Shown piece after piece: positions 21,845-32,999 of a DNA stretch of 64,000 nt (positions are counted from its first letter, which is position 1; every line of letters begins with the position of its first letter). The notes under the pieces are model-generated. The model was not told the DNA's origin, did no database searches, and saw nothing but the letters and a program-made list of their open reading frames with translations. This DNA comes from Bacillota bacterium (GTDB taxonomy: Bacteria; Bacillota; Clostridia; Christensenellales; CAG-138): assembly GCA_023399275.1 (NCBI GenBank), contig JAEWQH010000096.1, positions 2,190-66,189 on the forward strand, read 5' to 3'. Position numbers and translations under genes: made by a program.

Positions 21845-22783
21845 CTACGCCGCTTGCGCCTGCTCCGGCAGTACGCCGTCGTAAATGGCAAGGTTAAATG
21901 CCGCGATTGCGACCTCGATCATGGCAGGCTCCGGTTCGCGCGTGGTCAGATACTGCAGCCCCAACCCAGGCGCGCGAATGATACGCGCCCAGAGCGCATC
22001 CGAAGCTGCCGCAAGCTTGAGCACCTCATAAGCAAGCCCGGCTACGAGCGGCAGAAAGACCAGCCGCGTCAGCACCCGCAAAAACAAGTTTTCGGCATAC
22101 GGCAGCATGGCAAAAAACAGGATGGAGACCGCCATGACGAGAAAGAGATAGTTCGTTCCGCAGCGCGCGTGCAGCCGGGAGTATTGCATAGCGCTCTCTG
22201 GCGTGAGCGGCGCGTCGTGTTCATAGCAGGCGATGGTCTTATGCTCCGCTCCGTGATACATATAGACCCGACGGATATCCTTCATCAACGAGATGGCAGT
22301 GATGTAACCCAAGAAAATAAACAGCCGCACGAAGCCCTCCACAAGGCTCTTCCAGATGCGGGGCGAACCCTCCGGCCAATGGATCAGCTGCGTCACCAGC
22401 GATGGCAGCAGAACAAAGAGGCCGATGGCGAGCACAGCCGCGAGCGCGACGGCAACGACGATGGCGATATCCATCACGTCCTTGCCGGTCTTTTTCGCGA
22501 TCCATTTTTCAAACGCACTCGGTTCCTCCTCAATCTCCTCGCCGTAAAGCTCCGCCGAGCGCGTCATCATCTTCATACCTGTTGCGAGCGAGTCGACAAA
22601 CGCGACCACGCCGCGCACGACGGGCCACTTGAGGACCGGACTCTTGCCGGTTTCTTTTTTGGGTGTATATTCCGTCTCGATGCTGCCGTCCGCTTTTCGA
22701 ACGGCGAGTGCGATCCCGCCGCTCATGGTGCGCATCATAACGCCCTCCATGACGGCCTGACCACCAACCGAGCATCGTTTCAT
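21845..22783 (-). CDS. DUF1385 family membrane protein (YqhQ-like)
   Basis: MKRCSVGGQAVMEGVMMR... and the YHGAEHK motif. It sits in the usual rpmE - DUF1385 - prmC - prfA position. Start moved to ATG 22783, because the track extension to 23134 overlaps rpmE out of frame. Confidence 0.85.
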   Translation of the reverse strand: MKRCSVGGQAVMEGVMMRTMSGGIALAVRKADGSIETEYTPKKETGKSPVLKWPVVRGVVAFVDSLATGMKMMTRSAELYGEEIEEEPSAFEKWIAKKTGKDVMDIAIVVAVALAAVLAIGLFVLLPSLVTQLIHWPEGSPRIWKSLVEGFVRLFIFLGYITAISLMKDIRRVYMYHGAEHKTIACYEHDAPLTPESAMQYSRLHARCGTNYLFLVMAVSILFFAMLPYAENLFLRVLTRLVFLPLVAGLAYEVLKLAAASDALWARIIRAPGLGLQYLTTREPEPAMIEVAIAAFNLAIYDGVLPEQAQAA

Positions 22784-22885
22784 GATCTGTTTTCCCTTCT
22801 GTGTATTTCCGTGCGCCGCCGTGCAATCCGGCGGCCTGTTTCCTGCATGGTTCCGATTATTGTACCATACGCCGGATGCCCGGGC

Positions 22886-22916
22886 AAGAAAAAACCTCCC
22901 CTGTGATGGGAAGGTT
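22886..22916 (-). terminator. Rho-independent terminator after rpmE
   Basis: Reverse strand: AACCTTCCC-atcaca-GGGGAGGTT followed by TTTTTTCTT. Confidence 0.7.
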
Positions 22917-22926
22917 TTCACGCCTT

Positions 22927-23124
22927 TTACAGACCGTAACGCTTTTTGAAACGGTCGACACGTCCGCCGCTGTCCACAAGCTTTTGCTTGCCCGTGAAAA
23001 ACGGATGGCACTTGCTGCAGATTTCGACAGTCAGCTCCTCTTTCGTGGAACCGGCCTTGAAGGTTTCGCCGCAAGCACAGCGAACCGTGGCTTCGCCGTA
23101 TTTCGGATGGATGTCCTTCTTCAT
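22927..23124 (-). CDS. rpmE: 50S ribosomal protein L31 (zinc-binding type A)
   Basis: [22 protein letters not shown]...[13 protein letters not shown]. Full-length match to the L31 consensus. Confidence 0.97.
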   Translation of the reverse strand: MKKDIHPKYGEATVRCACGETFKAGSTKEELTVEICSKCHPFFTGKQKLVDSGGRVDRFKKRYGL

Positions 23125-23241
23125 GCTTGATCACTCCTTTAAAACACTACCAACAGATAGTATAGCGTCCAAACGCAAAAAAATCAATACTTTTCAGAAG
23201 ATATTGCGCTCCATTTCGCGCATAGGCGCCAGAATTCTTTG

Positions 23242-25083
23242 CTATTTCCCAAAGCGGCTGGTAGACATGGTCGTATACCCGTCTTTTTCGTAGATGCCCA
23301 CCCAATCCTTGAGACGCTGGAGAAACTCTTCGTTGTTGCCGGTCTTTTCGAGCATGCCGATGAGGTGCTCCGTCACGTCCGCCGGGTTGCCGCCGGCAAG
23401 TACGCGGCGGATGGTGCGAACGCCCTCCAACTCCTCCGCAGAGAGCAGCAAGTCCTCCCTGCGCGTGCCGGATTTGTAGATATCTATGGCCGGGAAGATC
23501 CGCCGCTCGCTGAGCTTGCGATCGAGGTGAATCTCCATGTTGCCCGTACCCTTGAACTCTTCATAGACCATGTCGTCCATGCGGCTGCCTGTTTCGGTCA
23601 GCGCGGTTGCGATAACGGTGAGACTGCCGCCGTTTTCGATCTTGCGCGCCGCGCCGAAAAAGCGCTTCGGCTTGTGCAGCGCGCCCGGATCCATACCGCC
23701 GGAGAGCGTGCGCCCCGTCGGCGGAATCGTGAGGTTATACGCGCGCGCAAGCCGCGTGAGACTGTCGAGCAGGATGACGACGTCCTTCCCCATCTCGACG
23801 AGGCGCATGGCGCGCTCCTGCACCATTTCCGCAACGCGCGTGTGGTGCTCCGGCAGCTCGTCAAATGTAGAATAGAGCACCTCGCCCTTGATGGAACGCT
23901 GCATATCGGTTACCTCCTCGGGCCGCTCGTCGATGAGCAGCACGATGAGGTGCGAATCGGGATAGTTTTTCGAGATGCCGTTTGCGATGCTCTTGAGCAG
24001 CGTTGTCTTGCCCGCCTTTGGCTGGGAGACGATCATGGCGCGCTGGCCCTTGCCGATGGGTGCGATCAGATCGATCAACCGGATGGCGAGGCTGTTTGTG
24101 CCCGGCAGCTCCAGGGTATAGCGCTCAAAGGGGAACACCGGAACAAGTTCCTCAAAGGGTTTGCGCTCCACGATGCTCTCCGGCGACTCGCCGTTGACCG
24201 CCGTGATGTAGAGCAACGCCAGAAAACGCTCGCCTTCCTTTGAAGGACGCGTCTTTCCGGTGACCATGTCGCCCGTGCGCAAGCCGAAGCGGCGGATCTG
24301 CGCGATGGAGACATATACGTCGTGCTGTCCGGAGAGATAGTTTTCGCTGCGCAGGAAGCCGTAGCCGTCCGGCAGCACTTCGAGCACGCCCTCCGCGTCG
24401 CCGCACTCGCCCGTCTGAAGAATCTCGGGTACGGCGGGATTGCTGGTTCCGTAGTCTTTGTTATAATACCCCTCGGGGTTACGGCCACGATAGTTGCGGT
24501 CGCCCTCAAAGCCCCCCTGCTCAGCGCCGAAGCCCTGCGAGGGATATCCCTGCTGAAAACCGGGCTGCTGATAGCCGCCCTGCTGCTGATACGTATTTTG
24601 CTGGTAGTTGTTGCCGCGCTGGTATCCGCTCTGCTGATAGCCGCCTTGCTGATACCCCCCCTGCTGATAGCCGCCCTGCTGCTGGAAATTTTGCTGGTAG
24701 CTGCCCTGCGAGGCGTATTGCCGTCTCTGGTAGCCGCCCTGCTGGCGGTTGTCGTAGTAGGGTTTATTCTGCTGGTAGGGACGCGGCGTATAGCCGGAGC
24801 GGCGATAGCCGCCATCTGCTTCCTGCGGCATGCCTGCGCCCGACATATCCGCATCCGTCAGTGGGATCGGGGCCGCTTCACTGACCGGCGGCGCGGCGGG
24901 TGCTTCGGCGGCGGCTTCGTCTTCCGCGCCGGCAGACGCAAAACTGGGAGGCACGACCCCCCCTCCCATGATGATCTCTATGAGCTCATTTTTTCGATAT
25001 TTGGTTAAGGATTTCACACCTTGCAGTTTTGCGATTTCACGCAAGTCTCCAAGGCCCTTGGCCTCTAGCTGTTCCTTGTTCAA
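23242..25083 (-). CDS. rho: Transcription termination factor Rho with a large N-terminal low-complexity insertion
   Basis: Rho_N ([22 protein letters not shown]), RNA-binding CSD ([15 protein letters not shown]) and ATPase core ([30 protein letters not shown]). TTG start at 25083 with GAGGAG 7 nt upstream. Confidence 0.95.
   Translation of the reverse strand: MNKEQLEAKGLGDLREIAKLQGVKSLTKYRKNELIEIIMGGGVVPPSFASAGAEDEAAAEAPAAPPVSEAAPIPLTDADMSGAGMPQEADGGYRRSGYTPRPYQQNKPYYDNRQQGGYQRRQYASQGSYQQNFQQQGGYQQGGYQQGGYQQSGYQRGNNYQQNTYQQQGGYQQPGFQQGYPSQGFGAEQGGFEGDRNYRGRNPEGYYNKDYGTSNPAVPEILQTGECGDAEGVLEVLPDGYGFLRSENYLSGQHDVYVSIAQIRRFGLRTGDMVTGKTRPSKEGERFLALLYITAVNGESPESIVERKPFEELVPVFPFERYTLELPGTNSLAIRLIDLIAPIGKGQRAMIVSQPKAGKTTLLKSIANGISKNYPDSHLIVLLIDERPEEVTDMQRSIKGEVLYSTFDELPEHHTRVAEMVQERAMRLVEMGKDVVILLDSLTRLARAYNLTIPPTGRTLSGGMDPGALHKPKRFFGAARKIENGGSLTVIATALTETGSRMDDMVYEEFKGTGNMEIHLDRKLSERRIFPAIDIYKSGTRREDLLLSAEELEGVRTIRRVLAGGNPADVTEHLIGMLEKTGNNEEFLQRLKDWVGIYEKDGYTTMSTSRFGK
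24448..24816 (-). repeat. Coding low-complexity tandem repeat (Q/G/Y-rich, QQGGY units) inside rho
   Basis: Residues ~90-212. The plus strand shows recurring CTGCTGATAGCCGCC units (e.g. 24566, 24631, 24661). Confidence 0.85.
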
Positions 25084-25166
25084 CTGTAAACTCCTCTCTA
25101 CGGTAAGACCATCTACCTGTTAACGAAATCAAGAAGCTGATTCGATATGACCTCTTGGATGAAGAA

Positions 25167-25195
25167 ATCATATCGTCGGGCCGGGTTTTTGTCAA
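25167..25195 (-). promoter_or_regulatory. Sigma-A-type promoter for rho, TTGACA-17-TATGAT
   Basis: Reverse strand: TTGACA (25195-25190), 17-nt spacer, TATGAT (25172-25167). Leader of about 75 nt. Confidence 0.65.
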
Positions 25196-25601
25196 TATGC
25201 GTCGATCATTTTTCACAAGAAAAGCCCTTTTCGCGGTGAATCAACGCATTTATGAAAGCGCTTCCTGTTAGTGCCATATTTCGGCTCTTTCTTTTGCTTT
25301 ATCCAACCATTCGCATGCCGGCGTCACGCCCCGCTGCGCGCGACTAATGAGTCGCGCAGCATCGAATCACGCAGATCATACTCCTTTTGAATCAAATCCG
25401 TGTTCGAAACGTGTCAAATATCCGGCACTCGGGTTTCTCCGGCGCCGGTAAGGCCAGCTTTGCCATTCTCAGACGTTTGTCAAGCGGCGCGATGCCGTGT
25501 TTAACGGCGCAAGCCGAGAAAACGTTTTTTCGTGTAACCAATTTGAAAACCTATTGTGCCCCGACTTTTATTTTATCATAAAACGTGCTAAGATACAGTC
25601 C

Positions 25602-26057
25602 ATGGCAAACAGACCGACAGAACGAATCGAGCGCATCAAAACCGGATTTCGCATCCGGCCTCGCTATATCATTCTCTTTTTTATTCTGACCATCTTCGTG
25701 CTCGGTGGCGTATTTCTCTCGCAGCAGACCAAACTGACCACCATCGCCGATGAAAAAACAGAGCTGCAGACCCAGCTCGACAATCTCAAGATCGAGGAAG
25801 AGCGGTTGGAGCGTATGCTGGAGTACATGAGTACAACGGACTATATCATCCAATACGCGCGCGAAAAACTCGGTTACGTATTTGAGGACGACTGGAAGTT
25901 TTACGATGACTCGAACAATGTAAAGGTTACGCCCAAGCTCGCCGAAACGCCAACGCCATTGCCCGCGCTGACAACGCCAAAGTCTTCCCCCTCTCCAACG
26001 TCGACACCGCTGCCCACAACGCCGCCCGATGTCGCCATTGTGACCCTGGGGCCATGA
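25602..26057 (+). CDS. Septum formation initiator family protein (FtsB/DivIC-like)
   Basis: Single TM (YIILFFILTIFVLGGVFL) followed by a coiled coil (KTELQTQLDNLKIEEERLERMLEYM) and DYIIQYAREKLGY. P/T/S-rich tail. ATG 25602 has no RBS, but TGC-TAAGAT lies 7-8 nt upstream. Confidence 0.8.
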   Translation: MANRPTERIERIKTGFRIRPRYIILFFILTIFVLGGVFLSQQTKLTTIADEKTELQTQLDNLKIEEERLERMLEYMSTTDYIIQYAREKLGYVFEDDWKFYDDSNNVKVTPKLAETPTPLPALTTPKSSPSPTSTPLPTTPPDVAIVTLGP

Positions 26058-26983
26058 CCGGTATGAAACTGCTTGTTTTCGACATCGGCAGCAACTCCAT
26101 TCGCACCCTGCGCGTCGCAAGCGATGCACAGGGCATTCCTGATTTTACCGGCAAACGCGTCTATACGACCCGCCTTGCGGAAGGTCTCGCCGAAACCGGC
26201 GCGCTCTCCCAGGCTCGCATGAGGCAGTCCCTGCTCGTGATTCGCTCAATACATGGCGAACACGCACCGCAGGGATTTTCTTCATATGCATATGCAACCA
26301 GCGCCGTGCGGGATGCGTCCAACGGCGCTGCTTTTATCCGTTCTGTAGAAGAGATCATCGGCCGCGGCCACGCGCGTGTTCTCAGCGGCGCGGATGAGGC
26401 ATCGTTTGCCCAACAGGGCGCCGCCCCGGAAGGCGAAAGAATCATCGTGGATATCGGCGGGGGCAGCACGCAGATCGTCCGGCCAAGCTCGCGCAAAAGC
26501 TGGCCGATCGGGTGCGTCCGTGCGAAAGACCTCGCGCCGTATCAGGATCTAGCCTCCATTGCCAACGGACTCTACCCTGTTCTTTCGGGCGTGTTTGGAC
26601 AGCCCGGCGGGATCTCCAGGCCCGTTCGCCCCGCCTCTCCGATGGATCGGCTTTCTCCGCAGGAAACCTTGCTCGGCGTCGGCGGAACGATTACGACACT
26701 CGCCCTGCTCTGCGAAGGGAAGGATTCGTTTGCGCCGTGGGCAGGCGAAAAAAGGATTGAGCTGTTTGCACTGCGCGCGGTGCTCAACGCGCTAGACGGC
26801 ATGGGGGATGCACAGCGCGCAAAAGTGCCGCTGCTCAAAGACCGGCACGATGTGATCCTCCACGGCGGCGTGATCTTGCAGTATCTGATGGAGGCTCTGC
26901 AAAATCCGCGCATCGGCGCAACGCTTTCGGACGGGCTGGACGGATACGCGCTCCATCTGCTCAAAACGCTGCCGCGAGCATAA
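26054..26983 (+). CDS. Ppx/GppA family phosphatase (exopolyphosphatase-like)
   Basis: MKLLVFDIGSNSIRTL, DIGGGSTQ. ASKHA-fold motifs of the Ppx-GppA family. The start overlaps the upstream stop (ATGA). Confidence 0.8.
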   Translation: MTGMKLLVFDIGSNSIRTLRVASDAQGIPDFTGKRVYTTRLAEGLAETGALSQARMRQSLLVIRSIHGEHAPQGFSSYAYATSAVRDASNGAAFIRSVEEIIGRGHARVLSGADEASFAQQGAAPEGERIIVDIGGGSTQIVRPSSRKSWPIGCVRAKDLAPYQDLASIANGLYPVLSGVFGQPGGISRPVRPASPMDRLSPQETLLGVGGTITTLALLCEGKDSFAPWAGEKRIELFALRAVLNALDGMGDAQRAKVPLLKDRHDVILHGGVILQYLMEALQNPRIGATLSDGLDGYALHLLKTLPRA

Positions 26984-27002
26984 AACGAAGATACTTCCAA
27001 TA

Positions 27003-27035
27003 AAGGCTAACTGATACGCAACATCAGTTAGCCTT
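27003..27035. terminator. Bidirectional terminator hairpin between convergent ppx-like and guaA
   Basis: Perfect 13-bp stem AAGGCTAACTGAT-acgcaac-ATCAGTTAGCCTT flanked by A/T-rich sequence on both sides. Confidence 0.7.
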
Positions 27036-27074
27036 ATTCTTATGCAATCATACGCATGGAGAGATCCTTTTTCA

Positions 27075-28598
<1,524 letters not shown>

Positions 28599-28601
28599 GG
28601 C

Positions 28602-29177
28602 TCACTCCCCGCGAAAGACGACGCCGTCTTCATCCGCCCGTTCAATGATGGCGAGCGACTCCAGATGCACGCCGGCCTCGCGCAGCCGTTTACCGCCGGA
28701 CTGGAAGCCTTTTTCGATCGCAACACCGATGCCGAGCAGCTCTGCCCCGGCTTCCTCTACGATCTCCACCAGCCCGCGCAGCGCCTCGCCGTTTGCGAGA
28801 AAATCGTCCACGACGAGCACCTTGTCGCTCGACGTAAGCCACTGGCTCGCTACGATGAGCGTGACGTGCTTTTTATAGGTGTAGGAGTAGATATCACTCT
28901 TGTAAAGGCCGCCCTCGATGTTATCCGATTTCGCTTTCTTTGCAAACACGAGCGGAACGCCGAATTCTTCCGCGCAGATGGTCGCCAGCGCGATGCCGGA
29001 GGCCTCCACGGTCAGCACCGCGGTCAGCCCCGTTAAATCAAAAAGCCTTTTGAATTCCTTCGCCATGTCGCGCATCAGCGCCGTATCCACGCGGTGGTTC
29101 AAAAAGCCGTCTACCTTTATGATGTTGCCCGGAAGCACGCGCCCCTCGGCGCGAATCCGATCCTGTAACTGCTTCAT
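28602..29177 (-). CDS. xpt: Xanthine phosphoribosyltransferase
   Basis: MKQLQDRIRAEGRVLPGNIIKVDGFLNH... and the VLVVDDFLANGEA PRPP motif. Start at ATG 29177, 3 nt upstream of guaA. Confidence 0.92.
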   Translation of the reverse strand: MKQLQDRIRAEGRVLPGNIIKVDGFLNHRVDTALMRDMAKEFKRLFDLTGLTAVLTVEASGIALATICAEEFGVPLVFAKKAKSDNIEGGLYKSDIYSYTYKKHVTLIVASQWLTSSDKVLVVDDFLANGEALRGLVEIVEEAGAELLGIGVAIEKGFQSGGKRLREAGVHLESLAIIERADEDGVVFRGE

Positions 29178-29331
29178 GCTGCACCAACTCCCATCCATAC
29201 CAGATAATGCGTTCATTATCGCTCAAAACGCATCCGGAATCAAGTTCTGACGCAAAAAATGTAGAAACCGGTCAAAATCGCGGTCCGAAACACGAAAGAT
29301 CGCCGGTCGACTACGCACATCGACTGTACAA

Positions 29332-29364
29332 TAAGAAACGCCGCAGGGAAAGATCCATGCGGCG
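29332..29364 (-). terminator. Rho-independent terminator after hup
   Basis: Reverse strand: CGCCGCA-tggatctttccc-TGCGGCG followed by TTTCTT. Confidence 0.6.
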
Positions 29365-29382
29365 CTTGAAACCCAGGTTTGA

Positions 29383-29655
29383 TTAGTTGAGCGAATCCTT
29401 GAGCGCTTTGCCGGCCTTGAAGGTGGGCAGCTTGGACGCCGGGATGTCGATCTCTTTGCGGGTCTGCGGATTGTGCCCTTTGCGCGCGGGGCGAACTTTC
29501 GCCTCAAACGTGCCGAAACCAACGATGGAAACCTTATCGCCGGCCTTCAGGGCCTCCTCGATGGAGCTCAGAAACGCGATAACCGCCTTTTCTGCGTCTT
29601 TCTTCGAGAGTTCGCTCTTCTCCGCGACGGCCGCGATCAAATCGGTTTTATTCAT
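29383..29655 (-). CDS. hup: DNA-binding protein HU
   Basis: [25 protein letters not shown]...[20 protein letters not shown]. 90-aa HU. Start at ATG 29655. Confidence 0.95.
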   Translation of the reverse strand: MNKTDLIAAVAEKSELSKKDAEKAVIAFLSSIEEALKAGDKVSIVGFGTFEAKVRPARKGHNPQTRKEIDIPASKLPTFKAGKALKDSLN

Positions 29656-29692
29656 TTTAAAATATCCTCCATGATTTTTTGGTTGCTGGAAT

Positions 29693-29721
29693 ATTGTATC
29701 AATCTTATTGCGGATTGGCAA
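29693..29721 (-). promoter_or_regulatory. Sigma-A-type promoter for hup, TTGCCA-17-TACAAT
   Basis: Reverse strand: TTGCCA (29721-29716), 17-nt spacer, TACAAT (29698-29693). Confidence 0.6.
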
Positions 29722-29737
29722 GCCTTGAATTGTGAAT

Positions 29738-31159
29738 TTATTCCATACTTCCGCCCTTTTTGGCCTCGTCCCAAAGTTTATCCTGCTCGGAAAAGCTAAG
29801 TTCCCGCAGGTCTTTGCCGCGCGCTTTGGCAAGCGTTTCCATCGTTTCGAACCGGCCGATGAACTTATCCGTCGCGCCCATCAGCAGGAATTCCGGCTCC
29901 AGTTTGAGCAGCCGCGCTATGTTGACGACCGCAAAGAGCAGATCGCCCATCTCCTCCTCGACATTGCCGCTCTCTTCCATCGCCAGACGCAGCTCCTCGG
30001 TCTCTTCGGCAATTTTGTAAAACGCCTGCTGCGCGTCTTCCCAGTCAAAGCCCACGTCCGCAGCCTTTTTTTGCACCTTCCTGCTGCGTAACAACGCGGG
30101 GAAGCTCTTTGGCACGCTCTTGAGCACCTCGGTCTGGGTAGACTGCCCCCGCTGGGACATCTTGAGCGCATCCCAGTTTTTGAGCACTTCGTCCGACCCG
30201 CTGACGCGAATGCCGCCGAATACATGCGGATGACGGTAGATGAGCTTTTCCACAAGCTCCGTGCAGGCATCCCGCGCGGTAAAGGCGCTCTGTTCCTCCG
30301 CGATCGCCGCATGCAGCGCAAACTGCAGCAACACATCCCCCATCTCCTCGCAGATATGCGCATCATCCGCCTCGTCTATGGCGTCGATGAGCTCGTAACT
30401 CTCCTCCAGCAACGCGTTCTTCAGCGATTCGTGCGTCTGCTCCCGATCCCAGGGGCAGCCGCTCGGCGCACGCAGCCGGCGCACGATATGCATCACATCG
30501 TCGAATCCGTGCCGCTTGCGCATTTCACACGTGGTCTTGGGGACATATAGCAGAGTCGTCGCGTCATATGCGCTCTGGCGATCCAGCTCGAAGAGGCGTA
30601 TCTCGAAAGCAGCGTAAACGCCGTCCTCCGCAAGAGAAGCGAGCGTGACAACCGTCTCATCCGGATAATACTCGCTCAAAAGCAGTTTGGCTTCGCCCGC
30701 CGCGATGCGGGAGTCGATCTCTTCGACCACATAGTTTTGATTCGGATCGATCCGCTCCGGAAGATCGTGCGCATAGAGCGTTACGCCGGCCTCGCGCCCG
30801 GCAAACGCAACCTGGCCCGCGCTCAGATGCGGCAGTATGGAAACGCGCAAGCCGCGCCGCTGCGCCTCCTCGCGCAGGATTGGCAGCTGGCTGTTCTGTA
30901 TCCCGCCGGTCGCGACGTAGACGCACTCCCCCGCGCTGCAGAGCCGCGCCGCAATGGCGACGTTGAGCGCGTCAAAATCCTCCGCGGACTCAAAGAGGTC
31001 GTCCATCGCAGTATACGGGCGATTCAAATTGGAAAGGACCGCGGCGGAAGGATGCCGCCGTGTCTGCAGAAACAACGGTGCGCCGCTGACGAGCGCCTCG
31101 CGCTGCGTAAGCGTGAGTGCGGCCGGAGCAGGCAAAGTGACGACGGTGATCGTTTGCAT
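29738..31159 (-). CDS. mazG: YabN-type bifunctional protein: tetrapyrrole-methylase-like N-domain + MazG nucleoside triphosphate pyrophosphohydrolase
   Basis: The C-terminal half has tandem MazG repeats ([10 protein letters not shown]...EEMGDVLLQ and [10 protein letters not shown]...[15 protein letters not shown]). The ~220-aa N-terminal domain matches the B. subtilis YabN layout. Confidence 0.85.
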   Translation of the reverse strand: MQTITVVTLPAPAALTLTQREALVSGAPLFLQTRRHPSAAVLSNLNRPYTAMDDLFESAEDFDALNVAIAARLCSAGECVYVATGGIQNSQLPILREEAQRRGLRVSILPHLSAGQVAFAGREAGVTLYAHDLPERIDPNQNYVVEEIDSRIAAGEAKLLLSEYYPDETVVTLASLAEDGVYAAFEIRLFELDRQSAYDATTLLYVPKTTCEMRKRHGFDDVMHIVRRLRAPSGCPWDREQTHESLKNALLEESYELIDAIDEADDAHICEEMGDVLLQFALHAAIAEEQSAFTARDACTELVEKLIYRHPHVFGGIRVSGSDEVLKNWDALKMSQRGQSTQTEVLKSVPKSFPALLRSRKVQKKAADVGFDWEDAQQAFYKIAEETEELRLAMEESGNVEEEMGDLLFAVVNIARLLKLEPEFLLMGATDKFIGRFETMETLAKARGKDLRELSFSEQDKLWDEAKKGGSME

Positions 31160-31162
31160 GCG

Positions 31163-32794
31163 TTATCTTTCCTCCCGTTTGTCTTCCATGACCGCGGCTT
31201 TGCGGCCAAACTGCAGCTTCGCAAGAATCGATCCGCCGGGGATAAACGCGAGATCCTCCTGCGTAAACATCCGCATCCACAGCGCGCAGAACAAGTAGAG
31301 CCCGGCGCCGACGAGGATCGCCCCCGCCGTTGCGATGGTGTTGGAAGAAAGCCGCGAAAAGATCAGCTGATAACTAAAGTATGCGGCTCCGCCCATGAGC
31401 AGCGACGCCACCAGCGGCTTAATAAACGTATCCAGCACATTGAGCCTGAGCCGGGTGAAACGAATCAGATAGATAGCGTCCAGCACGCCGGCCACGGTAT
31501 AGCAAGCGGTTGTGGAGATCGCCGCGCCCTGAATCTCGATGGCTGGGTTTCGCATGAGCGTGAGCATGAGTACGATCTTGACCACGCCTCCAATAAAGAG
31601 GTTGATCACCGGGATGTGCTGCTTGCCTGCACCCTGCAGAATACCGGTAAGCGTCTGTACCAGCGAGAGAAAGATCACGCCGACGGCGGATGTGCGCATC
31701 AGCGCGCTCGCTATGGAGAGGCGCTCGGCATCGATCGTATACAGCAGATCGATCACCGGCGCCGAAAGCGCAAACAACCCCACCGCGCAGGGAATGCCAA
31801 TGAACATCGCAAGCTTGATGCCCATTGCGGAAACGGTATGGATCGCCTTTTGATCGTTTGCCGTGCGCGCGGCGGAGATGGCGGGCACAAGGCTCATCGC
31901 CAGCGCGATGGTCAGCACCGCCGGCATGTTGATGATATTCGTCACATTGCTGCGCAGCGCCACATAGCGCATGGAGGCCGCCGTTTCGTCGAAGCCGATG
32001 CTCAGCAGCGTGCTCTTGATCAGTGAAGCGTCCGCAATGCCGGTGATCGGCATGATGGACGCGCCTATGGTAACGGGGACCGCGATGGCAAGTAACCCGC
32101 GCAGGATGCTCCGGTCGCTTACGGGCTCGGCGGACGCCGCAGCCGGCAGCTCGATATCACGCCTTCGGAAAAGATAGAATCCGCCGACGACGAACAGCGC
32201 CAGCAGCTCGGAGAGCGTAACGCCGGCCACCGCGCCCATCGCGCCGTATTCCAGCCCGCGCGGCATCCAGCGCGACGCGAGGTACAGGCCGATCGCGAGC
32301 TTGCCCGCCTGTTCGGCCAGCTGGGACATCGCCGTACCGGTCATCTGCTGCAGGCCCTGCAGGTAACCGCGGTAAGCGCACATCAGCGAGACGATCAGCA
32401 GTGCAGGCGACATCATGCGAAACGACGGCGCCGCCAACGGGCCCACGGTGGAGCGCGCGAGCGCATCCGCGCCAAAATACATCAGCGCCGTGGTGATCAC
32501 GCCGATACCGGCTAGCAGCAGCTGGGACTTTCGAAACACCCGCTTTGCCCCCGCTCCGTCGCCAAGCGCCGTGCGCTCCGCAACCATGCGGGAGATCGCC
32601 GTCGGCAGTCCGGCCGAGCTGATGACAAGCAGCGTCGAGTAATACGGATACACCGCCTCGTAGTACTGCATCCCGTCTCCGAGCATGTTGTAGAGGGGGA
32701 TGCGAAAAAACGCGCCTATGATCTTGCAGATCAGGCCTGCGGCGCCGAGGATGAACGCGCCCTTCACAAAGGTCTTCTTGTCGCTTTTTGCCAT
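31163..32794 (-). CDS. MOP-superfamily polysaccharide/lipid II flippase (SpoVB/YabM/MurJ-like)
   Basis: About 14 predicted TM segments. N-terminus KGAFILGAAGLICKIIGAFFRIPLYNMLGDGMQYY is typical of the SpoVB/YabM family, and it sits in the yabM position upstream of yabN. Start at ATG 32794. Confidence 0.8.
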   Translation of the reverse strand: MAKSDKKTFVKGAFILGAAGLICKIIGAFFRIPLYNMLGDGMQYYEAVYPYYSTLLVISSAGLPTAISRMVAERTALGDGAGAKRVFRKSQLLLAGIGVITTALMYFGADALARSTVGPLAAPSFRMMSPALLIVSLMCAYRGYLQGLQQMTGTAMSQLAEQAGKLAIGLYLASRWMPRGLEYGAMGAVAGVTLSELLALFVVGGFYLFRRRDIELPAAASAEPVSDRSILRGLLAIAVPVTIGASIMPITGIADASLIKSTLLSIGFDETAASMRYVALRSNVTNIINMPAVLTIALAMSLVPAISAARTANDQKAIHTVSAMGIKLAMFIGIPCAVGLFALSAPVIDLLYTIDAERLSIASALMRTSAVGVIFLSLVQTLTGILQGAGKQHIPVINLFIGGVVKIVLMLTLMRNPAIEIQGAAISTTACYTVAGVLDAIYLIRFTRLRLNVLDTFIKPLVASLLMGGAAYFSYQLIFSRLSSNTIATAGAILVGAGLYLFCALWMRMFTQEDLAFIPGGSILAKLQFGRKAAVMEDKREER

Positions 32795-32871
32795 GCTCTC
32801 CCTCTCCCTCTCGCCGCCGGCGACGGATGCTCTGCCAAACAGATTCATGCGCGCGCGGACACGATGGCGGT

Positions 32872-32900
32872 ATTATATCACCTTTGCGTTCGCGTGTCAT
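32872..32900 (-). promoter_or_regulatory. Sigma-A-type promoter, ATGACA-17-TATAAT with TGn
   Basis: Reverse strand: ATGACA (32900-32895), 17-nt spacer, TGA-TATAAT (32880-32872), upstream of the flippase gene. Confidence 0.55.
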
Positions 32901-32942
32901 CCGGCCTAAATCGGACGCGGCGCAGGCAATTATGCGCGCATC

Positions 32943-32971
32943 TCGACAAACAAAACTGGCATTGGTATAAT
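32943..32971 (+). promoter_or_regulatory. Sigma-A-type promoter, TCGACA-17-TATAAT
   Basis: TCGACA at 32943-32948, 17-nt spacer, TGG-TATAAT ending at 32971. It lies 29 nt before the SPFH gene ATG, which has GGAGG upstream. Confidence 0.6.
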
Positions 32972-32999
32972 GGAAGCATCAAAAATGGAGGTTACAGCG

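Noticed and set aside
21845-23134. N-terminal extensions in ORF-track entries. Examples: the 429-aa form of the DUF1385 gene overlapping rpmE; 12600..14603; 6189..7229; 19807..20967; 58543..59112; 59179..60849.
   Set aside because: The extensions are R/G/C-rich and overlap neighbouring genes or terminators. Internal ATG/TTG codons preceded by GGAGG-type RBSs coincide with the conserved family N-termini, so shorter starts were used.
24448-24816. Periodic 15-nt repeats that could be mistaken for a non-coding tandem repeat or CRISPR-like array.
   Set aside because: They lie in frame inside rho and encode the QQGGY low-complexity domain. There are no unique spacers and no cas genes. No CRISPR array was seen anywhere in the window.
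29178-29331. Expected guanine/purine riboswitch in the leader of xpt-guaA. A GGTTTCTAC string resembles the J2/3 UUUCUACC core.
   Set aside because: The flanking sequence does not give the P1/P2/P3 three-way junction, the UAUAAU J1/2 or the 7-nt L2/L3 loops of the purine riboswitch. Only unrelated short stems (e.g. ATGCGTT...AACGCAT) are present. A cmscan with Rfam purine, NMT1 and PRPP models would settle it. I do not call a riboswitch.
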